Made by a program: the position numbers and the translations under genes. A DNA stretch of 64,000 bases from Phoronis australis. Taxonomy: Eukaryota; Animalia; Phoronida. Of the stretch, positions 1 to 11,500 are shown piece by piece. The first letter of the stretch is position 1. The number at the start of each line of letters is the position of its first letter. The notes beneath the pieces are model-generated. The model saw only the letters and a program-made list of their open reading frames with translations. It was not told the origin of the DNA and did no database searches. The stretch is taken from contig NMRA01000191.1 of assembly GCA_002633005.1 (NCBI GenBank), positions 364,466 to 428,465 of the forward strand, written 5' to 3'.

Positions 1-367
1 GATTTGAGTGAATTAGGCTTCACGTTTTCTTTGCAAAACGGTAGACGTTGACGAGTAGGCCTATTCTGATAAACGTTAATTATTGAAGTGAAAAGTAACA
101 CATAAAAATTCTACAAGAAGACACTGGAAAACATCCAATTTAACAAACTCACGTACACAAGGAATAGAAATCAACTCTTATAAGTGAAGTTTACGCAAAT
201 GCCCGACCCTATATGTGAAAGGCTTGAAATTTTTTTCTTCGAAAAAATTCTGAATTACTTCGGACTTGAAGACGCATGAGTCTAAATACGCTTATATAAC
301 CCATGCGTTTGAAGCATTCAACGAAATCAACTAGATTTTCAAACGACCCAACCTTCTTCGCTAAAAG

Positions 368-2222
368 AAGAATTTTTAAACAAAACAATTGCTAGCATGT
401 CATGGGGCCGTGCGATAAAAAGGTAGGAACCCCGTTTTCAGAGAATGCCCATAGGTATCCGCAAAAGCCAAGTTACGTAGGTCAGGATACTGTTTCTCGC
501 TAACACCTCATTTGCTATAATCGTGTTTTATATTGCCAATTTATTCAACATTTTCTCTAATTCAGTTCTTAACTCAAGTTCCCTAGAGTTACCAATAAAC
601 CTCGATACAAAATGGCTCGCCAACTTACATGCTATTATTATCGCGCTATCGTAATGTTATCACTAATAATAAGCACCATAAAGTTTAAAGAGCCATTGCA
701 CATGGTGCAGCCTTTTCCTTTCCCATTATAAACTAAAACAATGTACAAAGTCCTGTAATTTGCTCTGTGCATAACTCACTTTAGGGATTGATTAAAAACC
801 CGACACCGAATAAAATCTGCGTCGATTAAATGACTGGCATTCTGATCCTCTTATTTCGCACCTAGCAATACAAAACAAAGGTACCTCGAGTTTTGGATTA
901 TTGCATTTTTTCACCAGCCAAGACTTTAAGCCCCTTATCGACGAAGTTTGAAGAATTAACAAAAAGCTGACACAAACTTTTTATGAAGCAGAAGATATTG
1001 CGACAACGCGCAAGGCACGTAACCTGGCAGATATGCACCGGTTGTCAAAGACAGTGTTACCTTTATCCTAAATTTTCCACATAAACACATAAAGAGCATA
1101 AGTTATATATTGAACATGACGTGATACCCAACCAAGAGCATTTGAAACTAAAATAGATTGTACTCCATTAGNCTGTCCCGGTGTTGCTGTTATTCTTCCA
1201 TATTGTTTCTTAACTTACTATTCACCACTTGCTTATTCCTTCATTGGAGGCAGATTGTCAAAAACCTTTACAGTGCAACATGTTATATAACTTTTGTAAT
1301 TACTGATATCTGTAGTAGTTTAGTTTGTCATAATATATATGACCTTTTATCTCAACTACACGTGTTGTTTCACTGTAAACTAGCTTCGGTATCGCTTCGC
1401 AGTTAGCGCATATAAAAGAATTTTTAAACAAAACAATTACTAGCACGTCATGGGGCTGTGCGATAAAAAGGTAGGAACCCCGTTTTCAGAGAATGCCCAT
1501 ACTAGGTATCCGCAAAAGCCAAGTTACGTAGGTCAGGATACTGTTTCTAGCTAACACCTCATTTGCTATAACCGTGTGTTATACTGCCAATTTATTCAAC
1601 ATTTTCTCTAATTCAGTTCTTAACTCAAGTTCCCTAGAGTTACCGATAAACCTCGATACAAAATGGCTCGCCAACTTAAAGGCTATTATTATCGCGCTAT
1701 CGTAATGTTATCACTAATAATAAGCACCATAAAGTTTAAAGAGCCATTGCACATGGTGCAGCCTTTTCATTTCCCATTATAAACTAAAACAATGTACAAA
1801 GTCCTGTAATTTGCTCTGTGCATAACTCACTTTAGGGATTGATTAAAAACCCGACACCGAATAAAATCTGCGTCGATTAAATGTCTGGCATTCTGATCCT
1901 CTTATTTCGAACCTAGCAATACAAAACAAAGGTACCTCGAGTTTTGGATTATTGCATTTTTTCACCAGCCAAGACTTTAAGCCCCTTATCGACGAAGTTT
2001 GAAGAATTAACAAAAAGCTGACACAAACTTTTTATGAAGCAGAAGATATTGCGACAACGCGCAAGGCACGTAACCTGGCAGATATGCACCGGTTGTCAAA
2101 GACAGTGTTACCTTTATCCTAAATTTTCCACATAAACACATAAAGAGCATAAGTTATATATTGAACATGACGTGATACCCAACCAAGAGCATTTGAAACT
2201 AAAATAGATTGTACTCCATTAG
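368..2222. repeat. ~805-bp near-identical direct duplication (368-1171 and 1416-2222) spanning an N at 1172; probable assembly/haplotype overlap
   Basis: Both copies run from AAGAATTTTTAAACAAAACAATT to GTACTCCATTAG with only scattered differences; the first copy ends exactly at the N. Confidence 0.9.
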
Positions 2223-2356
2223 ATAAGGCTTGGATTCAACAAACAAAAAGCATCAAATCACAAGAAAACAACAAGCATGTTAACAGGTTTCTTTTTATTT
2301 AAACATGATTATAATATATTAACAACTATGTGTAAATACATGAAAAATAAAAACAC

Positions 2357-4736
2357 TCAAAATGCTTTCTCCACAGCTTGTAATGCCTGAGCACAAAGAT
2401 TGTCAAGTTGACCATCTCCACCTGAAAGAAGAAAATATTAACTAAATAAATAAATAAACAAGGTACATAATCAACAATCACCAAGTTATCATTTTAATTT
2501 TCAGACACACTACCCAATTATATACTTCATGTCAAAAACTCTTGCAGAAGATACTTGAAAGTGAATGCCAGTGAAATCACATGTTGCACACAAAGTACAG
2601 CGATATCTTGTGATTACTTGTGTCATCTCGTCCAAATCCCACGAAGAAGACAGCCGTGAGATCATGTTGTAAGAACGCCACTTAGTGAGTGAGCAGGCAC
2701 CCACTTTGTTGCTTTTGGTGCACAAATGTGGTGACCTATGGAGGCAGACTTACTAAGCTTGGGTGTAAATATAGACATATCAACAGCTCTTTTGAAACCC
2801 TGACCTAACTTTTAAACTTGAGAAGAAAGAAATTTATAGCAAATGCCAATAGTTAATTCAGTGAGATTGAAACATGTTACAAACTGATGTGTTTGTGTCT
2901 CTAAACACTAACAATAAAAACCAAAGAAAATTTTTGAAATCTGGCACGAGATAAACATTACGCCTATTATCAGTAAGGCATTTCATTGATTTGTTGCAAA
3001 CTAAAACAACAATGCATATCAGTTTGTGAGTGCATTTAAGCAAGCTCCATGTAGTAACAATCTTTGAAAGCACTTTGGTCCATTCATTTTGGGGAGGAAC
3101 CGTTATATTGTAGTTCATAAATGCAGTGGATTAGCATCCTTACTAACTCCTCATAAAACTATGGAATCAATGGAATTCACTCATTGCTTCAACGGTGTTT
3201 CCTGTGGAGGTTTCTTTGGGACATTTTTCTCAATTTTGTGATATCTGAAAGGACCAGTCAGAAGCATCGCTAGATTTTTCTGATAGTAGCTAAACCGTAG
3301 ACGAAGTGAACCTTTCCTATTACAGCATGTCTTAAAAGCCCATGATAGAAATGACAGAATGAGGGTGTTCCTGGCTGCAATACAAGCTTACAAAAGAGTT
3401 CCACTGCTTCTTTCCAAAAAAAAACTGAGGTACTTTTTGGGCAGAAAACCACATCGCTAAAATGAATGTGTCCAAAAAAGTCCCATGATGCAAGGAATTT
3501 TAACGAAGCTAGTGTCTATCAGCAATGTCATGTGACTTACCATAATCCAGATCCCTTATATCACATTTGAACACCTGTTCTCCATTTACCCACAGTTCAA
3601 CAGCATTCCAGTCTTTGATTGGCTTGTATTCAACTTGATGACCTTGTTTTGTCAACACAGCTGGAAAAATTAAGCATATCGCATATTTTGAATGAAACAG
3701 AAAGTGTAAAGAAAACTTCTGTTTTTTCATTAACCAATGTCTTCATATGGCTGTTTTTGCACAAAAAAATCTAAAAATTCTATTTCAAACTTTAGTGTGT
3801 GAATTTTTAAAACATTAAGAAATCCTAGAAGAGTTTCATATGTATGGAAAATTTTAAAATAATGGCGATATGCTGCAAGCAGCGATTGTGGTGCAGCTTC
3901 AATATGCCAAGCACTAATCAGTAGCCAAGTTTTGACAAAAACACTTGAAATTGTTAAAGGTAACTGAGTCTCTTAATTGTATCTTGTAAAACATCAAAGA
4001 ATGTTAACATAATCTTGGTGCTGCCTATGGAATTTTTGCCAACTTTAACTAATGCATCAATTTATTATCAGCAGATATTAAAAACCTTCCATAAAAAGTA
4101 AATTTTTTGCCTGTGTCCCTAAAAACTACTATACCCCTGCTTACCATTAAACGTACAAACTTTTGAAATTAGACCACTTTCGTATTGTCATGAAACTGAT
4201 CTCAAATTGCTCTTTATATAAAGATTGAAGATGATTTCTCAGCTTAGGAAGAATGCCAGTTAATCATTGCTTTAAAGCAGGCTCAACAAGCTGACTTGTC
4301 CTGGTGTGTCATTTACTTCCCCGGGCATGGCCTCAAGCAATAACCGATTGTCAGTGGTTTCCACGTTCAGAAACCACTTCCCAACTGAGGTAGGAAAAAG
4401 CCAAGACTATTTCTGTAGCAGTAGGTGGGCCAAATCAAAAGCTGTCTCTTTCAAAAAGGTAGATTCAGTTGTAGCATCTCAAGTGGCAGATTCTGAGAAA
4501 AATCACTTAAAGCAATCTATGTTTCATGGACTGAGCTTTTTCACTTACACCAGCTCAAAACGAAGCTTTCACACGAAGGTCAATTTGACCAATTTAGTCA
4601 AGCCTCAGACAGGACACATATGACTGCTGGACATTGACTCACTTGTCATTCCCTGTAGCCTCTCTGTTCTATGTTGCACTACACCACTGGATTCATATGG
4701 GCCGTGGTGTATGGAAACAGCTGCACATAACGGCAT
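2357..4736 (-). CDS. C10orf53: UPF0728 protein C10orf53 homolog, 92 aa; exons 4643-4736, 3541-3660, 2357-2421
   Basis: Spliced translation MPLCAAVSIHHGPYESSGVVQHRTERLQGMTTVLTKQGHQVEYKPIKDWNAVELWVNGEQVFKCDIRDLDYGGDGQLDNLCAQALQAVEKAF has the family motifs GPY..G.V.H...RLQG, DWN.VEL.VN.E.VF.C.I.DL..GGDG.LD.LC. GT-AG introns, phases 1/1; minus-strand AATAAA near 2295. Confidence 0.9.
4185..4320 (+). repeat. Ancient diverged interspersed repeat, copy 1 of at least 4 (others ~35040-35165 minus, ~36600-36722, ~47880-47955)
   Basis: Shared blocks TGAAA.TG.TCTCAAATT ... GAACTGA.AGTTCATTATT ... CAGG.TCAACAAG.TG.CTTGTC...G.GTGTCAT, aligned by eye. Confidence 0.6.
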
Positions 4737-6099
4737 TGCTCTGAAAAGCAGACGATTTGTTTTAAGGAAGAAAGATAGTGACATATCACTTACTAAACCT
4801 TAGTTGCAATAATAATTTTAATTATTAGAGTTTAAAAACTCTATTCATGAACCTGTGAGCTGGAAACTATCTGATAAATAAAGAGCCCACCGTATAATTA
4901 TAGGGGCCTTCCCTGTAAAACTTGGGATAAAAATCGTAGTGGCTGAGGTAAGAGTTGGTGAAACATTTCACGCACAATGCTGGTAATTTTCAAGACAAGA
5001 TACACACACCTTATATGTTGTACATTATACGCTCACCATCAAAAAGCCCTAAACTATTGTCAAGCTGAGTTCAGCTTATCTGGACAGGGTAACGGGATTC
5101 TGCTGAGATGAATACATGCGCGCTCTCACACAAATTTTCCATAGATTGAATGTGATTGTGCTAAATGTCTAAACACAAAATGTTGCAAGTGCGAGGTACG
5201 AGTTAGGATGATTTTTCTCCACGCATTTAAAAAAAACTTGTCAAATTTATGTCTTCGTGATGTCAGAGCACAAATTGCCACCCCTGCTATTAAAACAGCT
5301 CTAATCATGAAAAGAATCATATGTTGACACCCTCACCAGTCAAGATTGGGCAACTTGACCAGTTTGTATTTCTCAAAATCTGTTGCATTGATCAAAGACA
5401 CAATGCTGTTGTAGTTAATTACATTGCCTCAGGCTGCTGATGTTATCGTTCTCCAGATAATCAGACCCATCAAACATGGGGATGACAATAGTATTTTTGA
5501 CTTTTTGTTTTGAGATTTTTTAAACAGTATGTTTGAATAGTTTGTGAAATGTACACGTGGTTAGGTTATTGAATTTTGAAAATTGGACACGAAATGTGAC
5601 TTTTACAACCTTTTGCATAGTGTTGCTAAATTATGCTCCTCATTAATGCCACTGTTTGTGCAATATAATTGGGGCAATTACCAAACCAGAAGGCAGCAGT
5701 TGTATTTTGAGGTAAGCCAGATGTCATCCTACAATTCTTGGCATAGTTATAGAATTAGTTTTATAATGGGCCAGTCAGCAGGATACACAAACTCAACTAC
5801 TGAGCTAGTCTCCACATATTGCCTCTGTGCATTTGCGCACGTATCTCACACTTTTCGTTTTTTAAAGTGCGGTGCTTTGGGGTTTAGATCCACCAGGGGT
5901 TACAGTGTAGCTTGAAAGTGATGGAGAACTTAAATACAGGACTACAATCAGTATTGTCAGTAAGAAACAAAATTGACCTATCCTATAACAATGACTGATG
6001 AACATTCAAAATGAAAGCGCACTGAAGAGTAACACTTGGTGAAAGAAAATAAAAACTTAAAGTTAAGATTGACGGCAAAACCAAGAACAAAAACAATCA

Positions 6100-6870
6100 T
6101 AACCCTGCACTAATGTATTAGATTGCACAAACGTATTAGATATCCCATAGGGAGACCTATTTACGTACAAAATTTGAAAGGTGTGGCCAAAGGATCAGGA
6201 AGTTAGAGCTCCGCAAACATAATTCGAAAAATGGCCATCACAGCGCCGCCTTGCGTCCTTGGGCTCTTGATTAGGTAAATAGTGCATGTAAATTTCAAGC
6301 TGATAACACAAAAACTGTAATCTCTAGCACTAAGTGCAGCTATAACTAGCTGTAATTAACTAGTCAACAAAAGAACAGTCGTCTGAGCAGTAAATCTAGA
6401 ATACTGCGAAAATGTAAGTCGTAGCAAAAAACAGGTTTCACAATGCTGATAGCCCTGAAAAGATCTATCCACATACCAAAATTTCAGACAGATCCGTCAA
6501 GGGAAGCCGGAAATACGGCAAAAAAACCCAGTTATTTGGAGATCAGTCCTCGGAAAATCTCAAATAACTCGAGAACCGTAAGACCTAGAGAAAAACAAAT
6601 GAGACATTTGCAATAGCCCTTGGAATGATCAATCCACAGAAAAAAATCAGAAAAATATGACCAGAAACAGCGGAGCGGAGCTATGGCTCCATAAACGAAA
6701 AAAGGGAAAAATGGCCACCACAGAGCCATCTTGTACATAACGTAGAATTGCCGTGAGGACTTGACAGGGACCTCAGGGGTCTCACACTCCACTGATTTAT
6801 TCACATTATTTTGAAAGCGCTTTGCCCACTCACACACTGTGTGCCATAAATGAGATAAGCATACTCACAG
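6100..6870. mobile_element. Probable non-autonomous interspersed repeat (family uncertain) in the C10orf53 5' intron
   Basis: CpG-richer island with repeated AAATTT[GC]A... and AAAATGGCCA modules, typical of invertebrate non-autonomous elements; termini not resolved. Confidence 0.35.
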
Positions 6871-7137
6871 CTGACGCAGCAAGTAGAACTTCTCTCATTT
6901 TTCACATTGGTGTAGACTCACAGTTGAACTGTGGTTTTCTTTGACCTCAGACCGTCCAGAGTTGCACCATATACCATCTGCGGACGGTCTCTCACGACAA
7001 TTTAGCGTTATGTCTGATTTCAACCAAAACACTAAATAGGCGTTGAGCCTTTCACAAGAAACATATGTTGTGTGTAAATTTGGCAGTGATCCAATAAGAA
7101 ATGTGATCTGTAGCGTGTGAGCAAAGAAACAAAAAAA

Positions 7138-7300
7138 ATTATGACAAAGCAACATGCTTGGAGAAATTTCATTTCAAAAAGTAAAAACACATTTTATGAC
7201 AAAGCAACACACTTGGGGAAATTTCATTTCACCAAGTAAAAACAAACACACCTCATGACAAAGAAAAACATACTTGGAGAAATTTCATTTCACCAATTAA
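7138..7300. repeat. Tandem repeat, ~55-62-bp unit x3
   Basis: ATGACAAAGCAACA..CTTGG.GAAATTTCATTTCA..AAGTAAAAACA occurs three times. Confidence 0.85.
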
Positions 7301-7919
7301 TAAAATGCCTTTGGCCTTTCTACTGTCAGTGTCAGCCGCAGACCTAGTCTGTCACTTGATCACTGATTTCACACTAGATCACTAGTTTCACTCGACAGTG
7401 ACCACCATGGTGGTATGACGTCATATCCCCTGGACCGCAGTGTTAAAAATGGTGTGTTACCAATTTTGGGAACTGAAAGAGGGACTGCTTGAAAAAAAGT
7501 TTGATAATGGGAGTATTTGTTCAGTTTGTAAGGAATTAAATACATTGACGACCTCCTGGCTAAGTGGCTAAGGCTTAGGCTAAGGTGTCCCTCTCTTTGC
7601 GCAAAAGGTATTTATCACAATGTAGCATTGATGTTTTAGTCAGTGCGAGGTATAATTCGCCGAAAATCTTCCAGCGTATGAAGCGCCTATAGGAGCATCA
7701 CAGTCTCTACTACGCCTACGGAGCCAGTAGAGACTATGACTATGGATGGTCACTGCACCTGCTCACATAGGCAATGACAAGTTACAGAGGCGATGGTCAT
7801 TGCCTACTGGCACTGCTCACAGTGTGAGCAGCTCACACTGACAGTGTCAACTCACTGAATCAACTTCGTATCCTGCACACAACTTACAATGTTATTGGTG
7901 GGTTAACCTATAGACCTAC

Positions 7920-8540
7920 CTTGTGTTACGACCCTGATAATTTCGTAAAACGAAAGTCTCGAATAAACAAAACAACAATAAAATACCTAGATTAATTAAT
8001 TCAATTCAAAACACATTTTATTTTACGATTTCTCTTTCACCGGAAGTGTCATAAGTATCCTTGGTTTCTAACCCCAATATTTTTTAAAAATATTAATCTA
8101 ATTAACAACAAATGAAAAACTCTTCCAAAAATACCAATATAAAATAAATAAGCATAACTGAACAAAGTACAGAAATAATTGTAAAATTTAAAATATTATT
8201 TGGTAACGAGGTATTTCCAGCGACCTCTAGTGTAGCACTGAGCGCAAGACAAACACTCTTGTGAAAGAAAGGTTATAGGCCTATATCAAAGAGTCTTTGC
8301 TTTGTTAGACAGGGTAATTACAAGTGTTTACTCAGTAAATACAAAAAGCTCACACCCTATTGACCGAACGTGGATATGCGATACACTGACGTATTATATC
8401 CAGTTCAGATAGTTTCAAAAGTGGTGTCAGACACACTTGCTTCGCAATTTACTAGCAGATCACTTCACCTGTCACAGACACAGTTCAACACCCTGAGTTA
8501 TATCTGTCAACATGTCTCAGCTCTGGCTTCTTACTTTCAG
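7920..8540. promoter_or_regulatory. Putative bidirectional promoter / non-coding first exons of C10orf53 (-) and NFU1 (+)
   Basis: Both ATG-containing exons begin at splice acceptors (4740 minus; 8541 plus). Candidate donors lie at ~7919 (minus AAG|GTAGGT) and ~8313 (plus AGG|GTAATT). ETS/GABP motif CCGGAAGTG at 8040-8048. Confidence 0.5.
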
Positions 8541-8552
8541 ATCAGCAACGCA

Positions 8553-11500
8553 ATGGCTTTGAAGTTTTGTTACCGATGTGCAGCACTGGCACGGATTATG
8601 TCGTCAGAGTGTATGTCCATGAGGTAATTGGCTGTTCTCTGACTACTAAATTTGTTAATATAAAATTCGCAAATTTAGTTATGAGAATTATTGAGTTTTG
8701 TTATTGCTTGAAACTGCTGTGTGTGAACTTAAAATTTTGTTTCATCTCAAGATCGTGTGTGTGTGAACTTGGAATACACGAGGAAACTTGACAAGTTCAC
8801 TCTGACAACTAATCACATTCACGTTGACAAAAATTTGCAATAATTGACTAATGCTTCCAGCTTATTGGTTGACAAAGACATTTTACTTAGATTGTTATCC
8901 AAAAATAATTGAACATGTTGCTTTGTCCTCCCTTATTCACTGATCGGAAATGTGTGTAAAAGAAAAGTTTAAAACTTAGTTGTGGAGAAAAGGAAAAATG
9001 GAAGTTGTGTGTTCGTCTTTCATTTTATCCATGAAAACAAAAAATCAATAATTGATTATAAATTTTGATTTTTCGGAGAAACTGAAAAACAAAAAAGTCA
9101 AATTATCGGAAAATGGTTGTATTTTCTATCTTAACAATTGTATTTTAAACCAAAAATCCTTTCATACACGGACCATATTGCTATGTATTGCAAGCGGAGC
9201 AAGTAATCACACTTCCTTAGCAAGATTCTTGCATCAGCGAAACTCTCCTGTGGTCTCTAGCTAGTTACAAAGTCACTTCTGCACTGAATAATAACTAACG
9301 GCACATGTTGAGACTAGTGTATTTGTTACTTTGTAGAAGGCATATTTCCAGAACCTTCAGTATACTGGGATATTAGTTTACTTGAATAAATTTCCCTTTT
9401 AGGCTTGTAAAAGGCCGTAGAGCTTGGTCAGCTGTTCGGAATTTCTCATCAATATCGGCCACGCTGAAGCCAAGCAATGTACTAAAGACACAAAGAGCTG
9501 CCTCAGCACCACAACGTAAGTGAATTAGCTGTCTTCTAAATTTAAAATGTTAACAGATGAAGTTATCAGGTTAAATTACAGTAATCACAAATTCATAGTA
9601 GCAAAGAATTGACTTATTCCATGTTTAATGGGAGTGCCATCTATGGTTGAGCCACGAGTTGATGGACTGGACCATTGTCATTAAATTAGAGGTGTGATTT
9701 CTTTCTATCTCATGTATTGCAATTCCGTTGATGAAATTTCAACATTTTTATTGGATAAAGCGATTTTACTTGAGACCCCTACACTAACATATTTTTGAAC
9801 ATTCTGGGGGTGAGATGGCTTATGGATTACTGGCTACTCATGCAGATAATCAAATTCATTTGGCTCTCGTTTCTATCGGAGATAGAATCTCAAACTAAAA
9901 CGCAAAACTAGCTTATTTTGGACTAAACTGTTTTAGACTTTTAGACTGTAATTATTGGTCTTTGGGGAATTTTATCTCATTTACTATATCGTCTACATCT
10001 TTCTTGTTTACCTCTAAACTCCATAAGGTGTGACCATGGTTCTTTTGTTGGCCATATAATTGTTTGACTTGAAAGGTCTAGCGAAATTCATTCAAGACGC
10101 TTTGCAGGTTAGAAGTAATTGTTTGTTTATTAACTAGTCTGAAGTGGACATATTTGACTTGTTTGTTTATTAACTAGTCTGAAGTGGACATATTTGACCT
10201 TATGCAATATGTCATGTAATGATTTAATTATTATTAGGTGACTGAGTAAGCCCATTGAGTCTGGAGGGTGTGGTGAATATTCTGTCTTTGATATTGTATT
10301 TACTGGCACCCTTATGTCACTATAATAAATAAATATAAAAAAATAAATCAAAATCATGGTATCTTGGCACTTTACTGTACGGACTCCCATCATGAGCAAA
10401 CAAAGTTCGTAAATGTAAAGGACATTGTTTGGTGTTTTATCCTGGAATCCAAAGTTAATTGTTTTCGGAAAATTGTGTCTTAATTTTTACTCTTCTGGGG
10501 TGGATATTTGACTTATATTATTTCCTTTTGCAATTCCATTTCTGGGTGAAGCAAACTTCACATTGCTGTACAGTAACGTTTCTCAGTAAAACTTTACCAA
10601 GTAAAAAGAGGAAAGGGGATATACTACTTCACAATTTAAAGGAAAGGCCATACGAAATTTGTTTGTGCCAAATGTGCACAGGTACTTTGTCAAATGTGAA
10701 AATGTGAACATTCCATAGTTATATTGTTTCATAATGTTCACAACAGTTAAATTCAAGAAACACTTTAATATCTTCCAAGTTTCAACCTGTGTAATATTTT
10801 CTTCCCCTCAGATCGAACCATGTTTATCCAGACCCAAGATACACCCAATCCCAACAGTCTCAAGTTCTTCCCAGGGACACAAGTGTTGGAGTCTGGCACC
10901 AGGGACTTCCCATCTGCTCAGACAGCTTACGGTTCTCCGCTGGCAAGGTATGGTAGGGTACTAGATAAGTACACCATCATTTTTAAAAGTGAAAAACAAT
11001 TGTCAGCAAGCTTTTAAATACTGTTTAATTTTTTTTGTTGGTTTCCAATTATATTTGCCCTTTCTGGTTTCATTTGTGCCCAGTTGCATGAAACAGTCCC
11101 GCATGGGGACTCTGCTGAGGACCCTAAATTTATTTTGTATTTATGGGCTTGTGAAAATGCTGATTGTCCTTTCGTGTGCTACTTTAGTTTCATTGCTATG
11201 TCAATTTTTGGCTTTGATACAAATCAAGTGTGAACTCTACATTGAATTTTCAATATTGAAAATAAATTGGGATCTTTTCATGCAACGCTCCTAATTAAAG
11301 AACTAAGACTCTATTTATTTTCACTCAACACAGGACTCTGCTCTTAGTTTTATTATTGGAAAATGTCATTAGTTAACGAGGAGCTCATAATTAAGCTGAA
11401 ATAATAGTAACAGGTTACATCTGTGAGTAAAGAAAGACACAAATATTCGGTAGATTTAGGGAACTTGGTTGAGCCTCTATTTAAAACTGTTTCATGCAAC

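Noticed and set aside
2357-2359. TGA read as selenocysteine in C10orf53 (likewise LRPAP1 and FADD)
   Set aside because: The TGA falls at the homologous C-terminus in each case and no SECIS was recognised.
8218-8236. CTCF-like motifs (also ~29538 and ~57903)
   Set aside because: Partial matches only; cannot be told from chance without a PWM scan or ChIP data.
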